Below the pieces are notes generated by a model that saw nothing but the letters and a program-made list of their open reading frames with translations, had not been told where the DNA came from and searched no databases. A stretch of DNA of 60,822 nt from an uncultured Oscillospiraceae bacterium (lineage in GTDB: Bacteria; Bacillota; Clostridia; Oscillospirales; Oscillospiraceae). The position numbers and the translations under genes are program-made. The DNA is taken from NCBI GenBank assembly GCA_964652075.1, contig CAZYZQ010000001.1, forward strand, positions 1,538 through 62,359, read 5' to 3'. This document shows, in pieces, positions 1 to 7,812 of the stretch (within the stretch, counting starts at the first letter, position 1; each line of letters starts with the position of its first letter).

Positions 1-64
1 CCGCAGTACTATAATCAAAATCCGGCAGACGCGGAGACTTGCGCTGCGGCAGATTTTGTCCCAT
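1..64 (-). CDS. Partial CDS, 5' end only (continues past the window start); possible Y1 / RAYT-type (IS200-like) transposase N-terminus
   Basis: The reverse strand reads GAAGGAGGA then ATG (complement of 62-64), followed by MGQNLPQRKSPRLPDFDYSTA with no stop before position 1. It is absent from the ORF track because it is open-ended. The R-L-x-x-F-D-Y-S motif is what I recall at the N-terminus of REP-associated Y1 transposases. Only 21 codons are visible, so the family call is weak. Confidence 0.3.
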   Translation of the reverse strand, partial: MGQNLPQRKSPRLPDFDYSTA

Positions 65-85
65 AAATCCTCCTTCATATTCAGT

Positions 86-113
86 CGCAGGCCGCCCGGT
101 TGGGCGGCCTGCG
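86..113 (-). terminator. GC-rich hairpin downstream of the SLH-protein gene
   Basis: Perfect 12-bp stem CGCAGGCCGCCC / GGGCGGCCTGCG with loop GGTT, 16 nt past the stop of the 129..1364 gene. There is no clear U-tract on the minus strand. Confidence 0.5.
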
Positions 114-128
114 GTGGGTTTGTGGGGA

Positions 129-1364
129 TTATTTCATGTTGAAGAGGAAGGTGACGATCTCCGCGCGGGTGGCGGGGGCCTTCGGGGCGAGGATGGCGCC
201 CTCGGGGCTGGTGCGCGCGGTGTAGATGCCGGACAGCACCGCCCACCGCATCGCATCGCCTGCCCAGTCGGCAATCTGCGTCACGTCCAGATAGCCCGCC
301 ATGCCCATGGCCGCCTCGTACTTGGGCGAACCGGCGAAGCGGTAGATCATCAGGATCGCCTCCTGCCGGGTGACCGGCTCGTTGGCGGCCAGCGTCGCGC
401 CGCGGCCCTTCATGATGCCCGCGCCGCACGCCCACTGGAGCGCCGGGATCGCGTACTCGGGCAGGCGGAACGCGTCCTCGTAGCCGAGGATATTCGTGTT
501 CTCACCGACGCTGACGTCCATCCCGCGCGCCTGGGCCTCGCGGAAGAGCATCGTCGCGAACTCCGCACGAGTGATTGTGTTGTTCGGGCGGAAGGTGCCG
601 TCCGGGTAGCCGTTGATCAGCCCGCGCTCGGTCGCCCAGTTGATGGCCTCCTCCGCCTGATGGCCGTTCGTGTCGGAGAAGGCGCCGACCGTCACCATGC
701 AGACCGGCGGGACGATGACGCGCCCGTCCGGGTCGCCCACGGCGGAGACGAGATACGTGCCGGCCTTGTCGAAGGTCAGCGTCGCGGTGCCGTCTTTGCC
801 CGTGACGGCGTCGGTCTTCTTGCCGTCAACCGTCAGCGTCGCGCCCTGGCAGGCCGACGTGCCCGCGTAGTCCACGACAGACAGGGAGAAGGTCTTCGCG
901 TGGCCGACGGCCGCGCCGTCCGTGTTCTCGAAGAAGGTGTAGCCGTCCGACCAGCCGGTCGTGTCGGCATAGAACCAGAAGCACAGATAGTCGCTCTGCG
1001 CGACCGTCTCCCCGACGCCCATGGCGAAGGCGTTGTTGTGGTAGTAGCCGCAGTCGGAGCTTTCGACGCCGAGGAACTTTGTGATCTGCGGGCCGTACTG
1101 GCTCTCCACCGTCTCATAGCCGTCCGGGCAGTAGGCCGCGTGCAGGGCGCGGAACGCGTCGTCAATCGTGGCGCCCTTTTCCACCTTGACGGGGACATAG
1201 GCCAGCGTTGTGCCGTCCTTCGCGGTCATGAACGCGCTGTCCTGGCAGGCGGAGATGTAGACCGTGATCTCCTCCTCCTCCGCGCCCGCTGCGAGCGCGG
1301 CCGGAAGCGCGCAGACAAGCAGCGCCAGCGCCAGCAGGCATGCGAGAAGCTTTCTTGCTTTCAT
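129..1364 (-). CDS. Secreted cell-surface protein with three C-terminal S-layer-homology (SLH) repeats
   Basis: 411-aa ORF with a signal peptide (MKARKLLACLLALALLVCALPAALAAG). SLH-type repeats include FSDTNGHQAEEAINWATERGLINGYPDGTFRPNNTITRAEFATMLF, YEDAFRLPEYAIPALQWACGAGIMKG and YLDVTQIADWAGDAMRWAVLSGIY. The N-terminal half has no function I can assign. Confidence 0.85.
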   Translation of the reverse strand: MKARKLLACLLALALLVCALPAALAAGAEEEEITVYISACQDSAFMTAKDGTTLAYVPVKVEKGATIDDAFRALHAAYCPDGYETVESQYGPQITKFLGVESSDCGYYHNNAFAMGVGETVAQSDYLCFWFYADTTGWSDGYTFFENTDGAAVGHAKTFSLSVVDYAGTSACQGATLTVDGKKTDAVTGKDGTATLTFDKAGTYLVSAVGDPDGRVIVPPVCMVTVGAFSDTNGHQAEEAINWATERGLINGYPDGTFRPNNTITRAEFATMLFREAQARGMDVSVGENTNILGYEDAFRLPEYAIPALQWACGAGIMKGRGATLAANEPVTRQEAILMIYRFAGSPKYEAAMGMAGYLDVTQIADWAGDAMRWAVLSGIYTARTSPEGAILAPKAPATRAEIVTFLFNMK

Positions 1365-1484
1365 ATTGATTTCCTCCTGTTTCCGACCCGACGCGGGCCG
1401 TTATTTTCACACATTTATTATATCATGCCCTCCTGCGGAACACAATAGGGTTTTTGGTTTGTCTCAGCCAAACTTGCAGAAACG

Positions 1485-1520
1485 CGCAAAAAACCGCCCC
1501 GGCGCACGGCCCGGAGCGGT
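1485..1520 (-). terminator. Rho-independent terminator of rpsF-ssb-rpsR
   Basis: On the minus strand, stem ACCGCTCCGG / CCGGGGCGGT (one mismatch) is followed by TTTTTTGCGC, 13 nt after the rpsR stop. Confidence 0.75.
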
Positions 1521-1532
1521 TTTGCTTGCAGT

Positions 1533-1766
1533 TTAGTCTGCGACGTAAGGCAGCAGGGCGATCTGACGCGCACGCTTGATCGCGATCGTCAGCTGGCGCT
1601 GATGGGCAGCGCAGGTGCCGGTCGTGCGGCGGGGCAGAATCTTGCCGCGCTCGGAGGTGAAGTGCTTGAGCTTCACCGTATCCTTATAGTCGATTGCAGT
1701 GGCCTTGTCAACACAGAAGGTACAAACCTTTCTGCGCTTACGCGGACGGCCTTTCTCGTTCGGCAT
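1533..1766 (-). CDS. rpsR: 30S ribosomal protein S18 (bS18)
   Basis: 77 aa. [50 protein letters not shown] is the classic bS18 sequence. Confidence 0.97.
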   Translation of the reverse strand: MPNEKGRPRKRRKVCTFCVDKATAIDYKDTVKLKHFTSERGKILPRRTTGTCAAHQRQLTIAIKRARQIALLPYVAD

Positions 1767-1819
1767 AACGAAATCCTCCTATTCTCAAGATGATTCAGGC
1801 ATATTGCTTTTCAAAAAGT

Positions 1820-2323
1820 TCAGAACGGCAGCTCGGAATCGTCGCCCTCCAGCATGGAGAAGTCGCTCTCGGTGCTCGGGGCGGGATTGTAGGCCGGCTG
1901 CTGCGGGGCGAAGCCCTGTGCGGGCGCGCTGTAGCCGCTCTGCGCGGGCGGGGCGAAGCTCTGCCGCGCGCCGCCGTCAAAGCCGCCGGCCTGCTGGCTG
2001 CTCTGGCGGGAATCGCCGAAGTAGACGTTGTCGGCCACGACCTCGGCGGAGCGGCGGTTGTTGCCCTCCTTGTCCTGCCAGCTGCGGATCTGCAGGCGGC
2101 CGGAGACGACGGCCATGCGCCCCTTGGTGAAATACCGGGAGACGAACTCCGCGGTGTTCCGCCACGCGACGATGTCGATGAAATCCGTCTCCTTCTCGCC
2201 GGACTGCGACTTGAAGTCGCGGTCAACTGCGAGGGAAAAGGACGCGACGGCGATGCCGCTGCCCGTGCGGCGCAGCTCGGGATCGCGGGTCAGGCGGCCC
2301 ATGAGAACGATGTGGTTCAGCAT
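1820..2323 (-). CDS. ssb: Single-stranded DNA-binding protein
   Basis: 167 aa. It has an N-terminal OB fold (MLNHIVLMGRLTRDPELRRTGSGIAVASFSLAV...), a Gly/Gln/Pro-rich linker and the acidic tip DDSELPF. Confidence 0.97.
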   Translation of the reverse strand: MLNHIVLMGRLTRDPELRRTGSGIAVASFSLAVDRDFKSQSGEKETDFIDIVAWRNTAEFVSRYFTKGRMAVVSGRLQIRSWQDKEGNNRRSAEVVADNVYFGDSRQSSQQAGGFDGGARQSFAPPAQSGYSAPAQGFAPQQPAYNPAPSTESDFSMLEGDDSELPF

Positions 2324-2335
2324 GAGAAGCCCTCC

Positions 2336-2632
2336 TTAGACCTCGGCGTCGGTGATGAGCGCGCGCATGATGCCGTCGGTGATCTTGAAGACACGCTCCA
2401 GCTCCATCGGGAACTCGGGCTTGGACTCCATGGTCATCAACACATAGTAGCCCTCGGGCTGGTCGTTGATCGGGTACGCCAGACGGCGCTTGCCCCACTC
2501 ATCGATGCTCGTGAGCGTGCCGTGCTCCTCAACCAGTGCCTTGAACTTTTCGACCAGTGCCTGGATGCCCTCCTCGCCCTTGGCCGGGTCGATGATATAG
2601 AGCACCTCGTACTTGCCAGTGATCTTTGCCAT
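2336..2632 (-). CDS. rpsF: 30S ribosomal protein S6 (bS6)
   Basis: 98 aa. YEVLYIIDP ... GKRRLAYPI ... GYYVLM is typical of bS6, and the conserved rpsF-ssb-rpsR order is present. Confidence 0.97.
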   Translation of the reverse strand: MAKITGKYEVLYIIDPAKGEEGIQALVEKFKALVEEHGTLTSIDEWGKRRLAYPINDQPEGYYVLMTMESKPEFPMELERVFKITDGIMRALITDAEV

Positions 2633-2713
2633 TGTTTTCGCACCTCCTTATGGACTTGTGGCCGCCGGACGCGCCGGCGGCAAGGATTGGCCTGCTTTCT
2701 TGCAGGCCGAATT

Positions 2714-2741
2714 ATTATAGCAGATTTTGCCGCAATGTCAA
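2714..2741 (-). promoter_or_regulatory. Sigma-70-type promoter for rpsF-ssb-rpsR
   Basis: The minus strand reads TTGACA (2741-2736), a 16-nt spacer ending in TGC, then TATAAT (2719-2714). Two GC hairpins (GGCCTGC-AAGAAA-GCAGGCC, GCCGCCGG-CGCGT-CCGGCGGC) lie in the leader before the GGAGG RBS. Confidence 0.7.
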
Positions 2742-2774
2742 GAAAAATTTCCTGCGCCCCCGCGCCATTTCAGG

Positions 2775-2803
2775 TTGACAGGTTTTAACTCGTGTGGTAT
2801 ACT
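2775..2803 (+). promoter_or_regulatory. Sigma-70-type promoter for the 2845 gene pair
   Basis: TTGACA (2775-2780), a 17-nt spacer, then TATACT (2798-2803), about 40 nt upstream of the GGAGG RBS and the ATG at 2845. Confidence 0.7.
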
Positions 2804-2844
2804 TTAGGTAATAAGATGTAAATCTTCACCGGAGGCGATGCACA

Positions 2845-3657
2845 ATGAAAAAATCACTGCTCGCAGGCGCGGGGCTGCTGCTTATCGCCGCGCTGGTGCT
2901 GGGCTTTCTGACACTGCAGGGCATCCGGCCCTCAAAAAAGGACTATCAGCTGGACTCCCCGCTGGACGCCGCGCCCACGCTCGTACTTGCCGAGCGCGTC
3001 TCAGCGTGCCGGTATCAGGTGGAAAAGACGCCAGAACGCCAGAATTTCATCCTCCCGGATTTTCAGCGTGTCGCAAGCTCTGACTGGCGCGTCGTGCGCG
3101 TCTACGCGGGCGACCCACTGCTCGAGGGGCAGACCATCACCATCCGCGAGGTGCAGGGCTACACAGACAGCGCCCGACAGGCCGGGCAGGGCTGGCGCTA
3201 CCACCGCGCGGCGCTAGCAAAGCAGGAGCGAATCGTCGTGCAGCTGGGCATGGACGCGGGCGAGCGATCCGGCGGTCTGCGCTTCTTCGCCGCCGTGGAG
3301 GAAGACGGCACGGTGAAAAGCAAAACGCCCACGACGCTGGACGCCCTCGAGCAGGCCGTCTGGCCGCGCGACACCTTCTACCTGCGCTGGGACGGCGCGC
3401 TCTATCGCTACGATGGGCCGTATTACGGCATGCCGTCGTATGCGGATTACCAGCAGATCGAAACGTCGCTCACGTACAGCGATACGGACGTTCCCACGGA
3501 GGACGGCGCGTGTAACTGGCCGGACGCCGGGCAGGTCCTGTCCATCTGCCTGAGTAAGAACGCCACGCATCTGTTCACGACCTCCTTCGAGAAGCCATAC
3601 GAGGTTCCCTTCGGCACCGCCGCCTGGGAGCGCTGGGTGCGCGTGGAGCAGGACTGA
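2845..3657 (+). CDS. Membrane-anchored/secreted hypothetical protein, paralog 1
   Basis: 270 aa with a GGAGG RBS and an N-terminal hydrophobic anchor (MKKSLLAGAGLLLIAALVLGFL). It shares GDPLLxGQTITIREVQG...AGQGWR..RAAL and FYLR..G.LYR.DG blocks with the next gene. Confidence 0.8.
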   Translation: MKKSLLAGAGLLLIAALVLGFLTLQGIRPSKKDYQLDSPLDAAPTLVLAERVSACRYQVEKTPERQNFILPDFQRVASSDWRVVRVYAGDPLLEGQTITIREVQGYTDSARQAGQGWRYHRAALAKQERIVVQLGMDAGERSGGLRFFAAVEEDGTVKSKTPTTLDALEQAVWPRDTFYLRWDGALYRYDGPYYGMPSYADYQQIETSLTYSDTDVPTEDGACNWPDAGQVLSICLSKNATHLFTTSFEKPYEVPFGTAAWERWVRVEQD

Positions 3658-3734
3658 GGGCGCGGGCGCGCCACTTCTTCACGCCTTCACTTCTTCACTT
3701 TTCACTCGTGCAAAGCACGAACGGAGGGATTCCC

Positions 3735-4556
3735 ATGAAAAAATGGCTGCTGCTCGCCGTGGCGCTGCTGCTCGCGCTCGCGTTGGCGCTGGTGATCCTC
3801 CTCTCGTTCGGCGCGCTGGAGACGGCGGACTATCACATGCGGCGCCTGCCCGCGCCGGACGCCGACACAACGCTTGTGCTGGCCGGGCGCGTATCCAGCT
3901 GCGAATATATGGCCGAGCCGGAGGCGCAGACCCCCGACTTCACCTCCCAGTCCGCGCGCCGCGTCGCCTTCTGCGACTGGTGCGTCACGGAGGTCTTTCT
4001 CGGTGATCCGCTGCTTGTGGGGCAGACCATCACCATCCGCGAGGTGCAGGGCCGCGCGGACAGCCTCCGCCTTGCCGGGCAGGGCTGGCGCTTTCGCCGC
4101 GCCGCACTGGAAAAGCCCGAAAGGATCCTCGCGGAACTGGATCTGCGCGCGGACGGCTCTGCATCGCTCCGCGCGCTAGCCGACGTTGCGGAAAACGGCG
4201 CGATCACCAGCCTGAACTGGCCGTCCGGCACGACGCTGGACGAGGTATGCAGCGCGCCGTGGCAGCGCAACGTCTTCTATCTGCGGTTGGGCGGCGACCT
4301 CTACCGGCTGGACGGCGCGACCGACGCGCCGGACACGCCCGGACGCGCGGTGCATTTTTCCTTCTGCGACGAACCGCTCCCGTCTGAGGACGGCACCTCC
4401 AACTGGAACCACGCCCCGCAGATCACGCGCATCTGCGTTGTGGCGGGCGCCCTTCTCACCTATTCCGGCCGCGCGGACGCGCAGACCGGCTCACACTGGC
4501 TGCGCTGGGAGCGCGTGGATCAGGGCTGCGGCCGCAGTGGCAGCTCAGCGACCTGA
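3735..4556 (+). CDS. Membrane-anchored/secreted hypothetical protein, paralog 2
   Basis: The start is moved to the ATG at 3735, preceded by GGAGGG at 3723-3728 (the track starts at 3708). The N-terminal anchor is MKKWLLLAVALLLALALALVILL. It is a clear paralog of 2845..3657, with the identical nucleotide stretch CAGACCATCACCATCCGCGAGGTGCAGGGC in both. Confidence 0.8.
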   Translation: MKKWLLLAVALLLALALALVILLSFGALETADYHMRRLPAPDADTTLVLAGRVSSCEYMAEPEAQTPDFTSQSARRVAFCDWCVTEVFLGDPLLVGQTITIREVQGRADSLRLAGQGWRFRRAALEKPERILAELDLRADGSASLRALADVAENGAITSLNWPSGTTLDEVCSAPWQRNVFYLRLGGDLYRLDGATDAPDTPGRAVHFSFCDEPLPSEDGTSNWNHAPQITRICVVAGALLTYSGRADAQTGSHWLRWERVDQGCGRSGSSAT

Positions 4557-4867
4557 TGCATCAGATCGTCCAGATCGCCGTTGCCGCCGAGCGTGTTATG
4601 GTAAACTTCATGCATCTCGCGCAGCAGGCGCCGGTCGTCGAAATCGACGCATCCCGCCAGCAGGTACGCCTGCCCGAGATGGCGGATGCGGTCGAGCAGG
4701 ACGTAGCGCATCGCGGTCTTCAGCCCGTCCAGCTCCGCGCCGCACGCGTCCTTTTTCCGCTCGCGCCGGTCGCGGCGGTGGCGCAGCGCCTCGCCGAGCT
4801 GATTGATGAGCGCCGCCACCGCACTGCCGCCGAGCACCGCGCAGAGGAGGGTCACAACTCCATTCAT
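4520..4867 (-). CDS. Small N-terminally anchored hypothetical protein (phage-associated type?)
   Basis: 115 aa with one N-terminal TM helix (VVTLLCAVLGGSAVAALI), a basic stretch, then LLDRIRHLGQAY...YHNTLGGNGDLDDLMHQV. Its 3' end overlaps the convergent gene by 37 nt. Confidence 0.6.
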   Translation of the reverse strand: MNGVVTLLCAVLGGSAVAALINQLGEALRHRRDRRERKKDACGAELDGLKTAMRYVLLDRIRHLGQAYLLAGCVDFDDRRLLREMHEVYHNTLGGNGDLDDLMHQVAELPLRPQP

Positions 4868-4937
4868 GCCAACACCTCCCTTCCCTTATTACGCCTGCGC
4901 GCCTGTTTTTTGCACGGGTACGTGCAAAACCGCCGCA

Positions 4938-4964
4938 GGGGCGTACACATAAGTGCGCCCCTGC
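4938..4964. repeat. REP-like palindrome (degenerate copy)
   Basis: GGGGCGTACACATAAGTGCGCCCCTGC is related to the two palindromes at 41672-41696 and 41753-41778. It is preceded by a second hairpin, TTTTGCACG-GGTA-CGTGCAAAA (about 4911-4932). Confidence 0.6.
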
Positions 4965-5004
4965 GGCGTTGCTGGGTGGATTTTTCGCATTCGCAGCTGC
5001 GCGC

Positions 5005-5036
5005 AAAAGGCTCCCGGAACGAATCCGGGAGCCTTT
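5005..5036 (-). terminator. Terminator hairpin downstream of the large GH gene
   Basis: AAAAGGCTCCCGG-AACGAA-TCCGGGAGCCTTTT is a perfect 13-bp stem with A/T runs on both sides, ending 5 nt before the stop at 5041. Confidence 0.75.
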
Positions 5037-5040
5037 TGTT

Positions 5041-7698
5041 TTAGTTGTATGCCAGCGTCACGCGGCCGAGAATCCCGCTCGGCGGCAGGATCTGGAAGCC
5101 GCTCCACGCCGCGCCCGCGTCGGGCGCCATGGCCTGTACCTCGGCGGCGGGCGTCGTGGCAAGCTCGATGCGGATCGTGTTCTTCCCCTCGACCAGCTGG
5201 CCGGACAGGTCGAAGCGGTACGGCGCGTGCAGGCGGCGGCCCACGGACGCGCCGTTGACGAAGACCTCGGGCGCCTCATAGGCGTCCTCAAGCTCAAGCA
5301 CGGCCTGCCGCACGCCGGGCAGCTCGACCTGCTTTTCGTAGCACAGGTAGCCGGAGAAGTCCGGCAGCTCATCCAGCACGTTTTCGAGGCTATCGACGCG
5401 CTGCGCGCCGGAGAAGGTCGGATAGTCCGTCGCGCGGCAGCAGCTGCGCAGCCAGCCGGACGACAGGTCGCGGCGCGTGCCGCTCAGCGCGGGCGCGGGG
5501 CGCTGCGGATGCGCGTCCGTCTCACCGAAGACCAGCAGCCGCGCGTCAAGGGCGCCGAGGTGCAGGCGGATGCGCACGCCGCCGCCCTCCTGATGCCACT
5601 CGACCGGGCGCAGGCAGTTCTCCTCCGCGTCGTAGGCCGCGACGGGGCCGCGGGCGGCGACCCAGAGGGTGTCGTCAAAGGCGGCGGCGGTGTCCTCGTT
5701 GAACAGCATCAAAAGCGGCTGCTCCTGCTCGTACAGGTACGCGCGCAGATCCGGCGCGGGATGCGCGGTCTGCACGTCGAACAGGCCGAGCGAGCGCAGC
5801 ATGTCGGACAGGCGCGCCGGCTCGACGGCGGTGCAGCGGCGCAGCGCGGCCATCAGGCGCTCCGATTCGACCGGATCGGCGGCGTCGGCCACGCCCTCCG
5901 GCAGGCCGCCCACAAACAGGACGGAGAAGTCCGTCACCTGCGCGATAAAGCGCGCCGTCGCGGCGGGCAGGTACGCGGCATACGGCACCACGAGCGCGTG
6001 CAGCGCCACGCCGTTCACGGTCAGCGTCTGGCCGTCAAAGCGCGCGTCATAGCGCGCAAAATCGGCAAACAGGTCGTCCGGGACGATCTCAAAGTCGATC
6101 TGGTGCTCCATCAGGTCGCGCGCGGGCACCTGCACGCGCATCGCCTCGCCCGCCCACGACGCATCGACGTGGTAGAGCAGCGCCGCCGTCGCGCGGTGCG
6201 TGCCGCCGTTCAGCAGATGCGCCATCCGGTTGACATAAAGCATCAAATCTCCAAATCTTGTAAACTGCGCGTTGTGGCCGTGCGCGTAGTAGTGCGGCGG
6301 GCAGTCGGGGTCGGGGTACGCCTTCGGAGAGAAGGCGTGCGGGACGAACCAGTTCACGCCGCGCGCGAGCAGGTGGTTCACGATGTACCACTGATCGCGC
6401 ACGCCGCAGCTCCAGCCGTACGCGCCGAAGCACTCGCACATCGTGCGGCCCCTCTTTTTCGGGTCGATGTGCCCGAGGCTCGCGCCGAGCTTGGCGAGCG
6501 TGTAGTGGAAGAATTCGCCCGAGTCGCGCCGGATCTCGCGCTCGCGCAGGCGCATCGCACGCTGCGCGCCGGGCACGATCTGCCCGCCGATATCATCGAT
6601 GCCGGCCATGTCCTGCCCGTCCAGCGCGCGGAAGAAATGGCCGAGCGTCGGGCCGAGACGCGCATCCTGATTGTGGTCCTCCACGATATGGCCGATGTAC
6701 TGCACGCCGTGGTCGCGGCACCAGCCGCCGAGCTGGCCGCCGAAGCAGCGCGAGACGAGGTTCGTGACCGCGTCCATATATGCCTTGCGCACGCGCGCGG
6801 TGATCTCTGCCGGCAAAAAGTCCGACCAGAGCGCGGGCGCGGCCTTCATCCAGTCGCGGCCGAGCGCCGCTTCCATCAGCGCGGGCATATGGCGCGACCA
6901 CGGCAGCTGCATGGCCGGATTGCCGATGTCCTCGTCGAACTGGAAGCCCTGCGTGTTGCCGATGGCCGGCTCGTCGGAGAAGAAGCCGAGGATCGTCCTG
7001 CCGAACTCATCCTGATAGCGCGCCCAGTGCGGCTCGTAGACCGCGTCGATCAGCACGCGCACGGACGCCTCGTCGAGCATATTGATATAGGCCGGGTTGC
7101 CGCCGCCGTTCTGCGTGAAGTAGATCACATAGATCGCCCACGCGCCCGCCGGGACGCTCCAGCGCAGCACGCCGTCCGTCACAAACGGCGTCAGGTCGAC
7201 CGGGTCCTGCCGCCGGTCGGTGCGGACGGCCGTGACGTAGAGCAGGCGGTCGGTGTCGAAGGTGCGCACACCGGGCGCGGGCGCCTGCCACGGCTTCGTC
7301 AGGTTCCGCGCCATGGCCGCGACATTGCGCGTGATCGCGGGCAGCGGGCCGGTGACGGACGCCATCTGGCAGTAGAGATACTGCTTGCACAGCTCGTCGG
7401 GCACCTGCGCCATTTTGCCGTTGGCAAAACCCGTGGGGAAATGGCTGTCGTCGAGAATCCAGATCTTCATGCCGTATTTTTTGCACTCGTCCAGAATCAC
7501 GTCCACATCGTGCCACCACTGCGGCCCGGCGTAGTCCGGATGCGGCCGCGCCTCCAGGCAGACCGCGCCGATGTTCGATTCGTGGATCTTCCGCACGTAC
7601 TCGCGCAGCGTGGCCTCATCCTCGCCGTGCTGCCAGAAAAACGGCAGGATGTAGTTCTCGCCGCGCCCTTCCAGCAGGTCGTTCAGTCGGGAAATCAT
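5041..7698 (-). CDS. Large glycoside hydrolase (N-terminal TIM-barrel type, C-terminal beta-sandwich); possibly alpha-L-rhamnosidase-like, family unresolved
   Basis: 885 aa with an AAAGGAG RBS. The N-terminus YILPFFWQHGEDEATLREYVRKIHESNIGAVCLEARPHPDY...KYGMKIWILDDSHFPTGFANG follows the PFxW..G / barrel-opening pattern of large bacterial exo-glycosidases. It is adjacent to and co-oriented with rhaB. Confidence 0.85.
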   Translation of the reverse strand: MISRLNDLLEGRGENYILPFFWQHGEDEATLREYVRKIHESNIGAVCLEARPHPDYAGPQWWHDVDVILDECKKYGMKIWILDDSHFPTGFANGKMAQVPDELCKQYLYCQMASVTGPLPAITRNVAAMARNLTKPWQAPAPGVRTFDTDRLLYVTAVRTDRRQDPVDLTPFVTDGVLRWSVPAGAWAIYVIYFTQNGGGNPAYINMLDEASVRVLIDAVYEPHWARYQDEFGRTILGFFSDEPAIGNTQGFQFDEDIGNPAMQLPWSRHMPALMEAALGRDWMKAAPALWSDFLPAEITARVRKAYMDAVTNLVSRCFGGQLGGWCRDHGVQYIGHIVEDHNQDARLGPTLGHFFRALDGQDMAGIDDIGGQIVPGAQRAMRLREREIRRDSGEFFHYTLAKLGASLGHIDPKKRGRTMCECFGAYGWSCGVRDQWYIVNHLLARGVNWFVPHAFSPKAYPDPDCPPHYYAHGHNAQFTRFGDLMLYVNRMAHLLNGGTHRATAALLYHVDASWAGEAMRVQVPARDLMEHQIDFEIVPDDLFADFARYDARFDGQTLTVNGVALHALVVPYAAYLPAATARFIAQVTDFSVLFVGGLPEGVADAADPVESERLMAALRRCTAVEPARLSDMLRSLGLFDVQTAHPAPDLRAYLYEQEQPLLMLFNEDTAAAFDDTLWVAARGPVAAYDAEENCLRPVEWHQEGGGVRIRLHLGALDARLLVFGETDAHPQRPAPALSGTRRDLSSGWLRSCCRATDYPTFSGAQRVDSLENVLDELPDFSGYLCYEKQVELPGVRQAVLELEDAYEAPEVFVNGASVGRRLHAPYRFDLSGQLVEGKNTIRIELATTPAAEVQAMAPDAGAAWSGFQILPPSGILGRVTLAYN

Positions 7699-7812
7699 GG
7701 GGCAGCTCTCCTTTCAAACTATAAAAATGTCAGTATTTTCCAACATGTGCCGCAAATCGCGCAGCTTCCGCAGGGCGCGCAGCCGGGACGCAGCGAAATT
7801 TTTCATGTTCTT

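Noticed and set aside
39-1448. 469-aa plus-strand ORF covering the whole SLH-protein gene
   Set aside because: It is antisense to a gene with a clear signal peptide and SLH repeats. Its translation is Arg/Ala/Gly/Val-rich low-complexity sequence typical of the opposite strand of high-GC coding DNA. It has no RBS.
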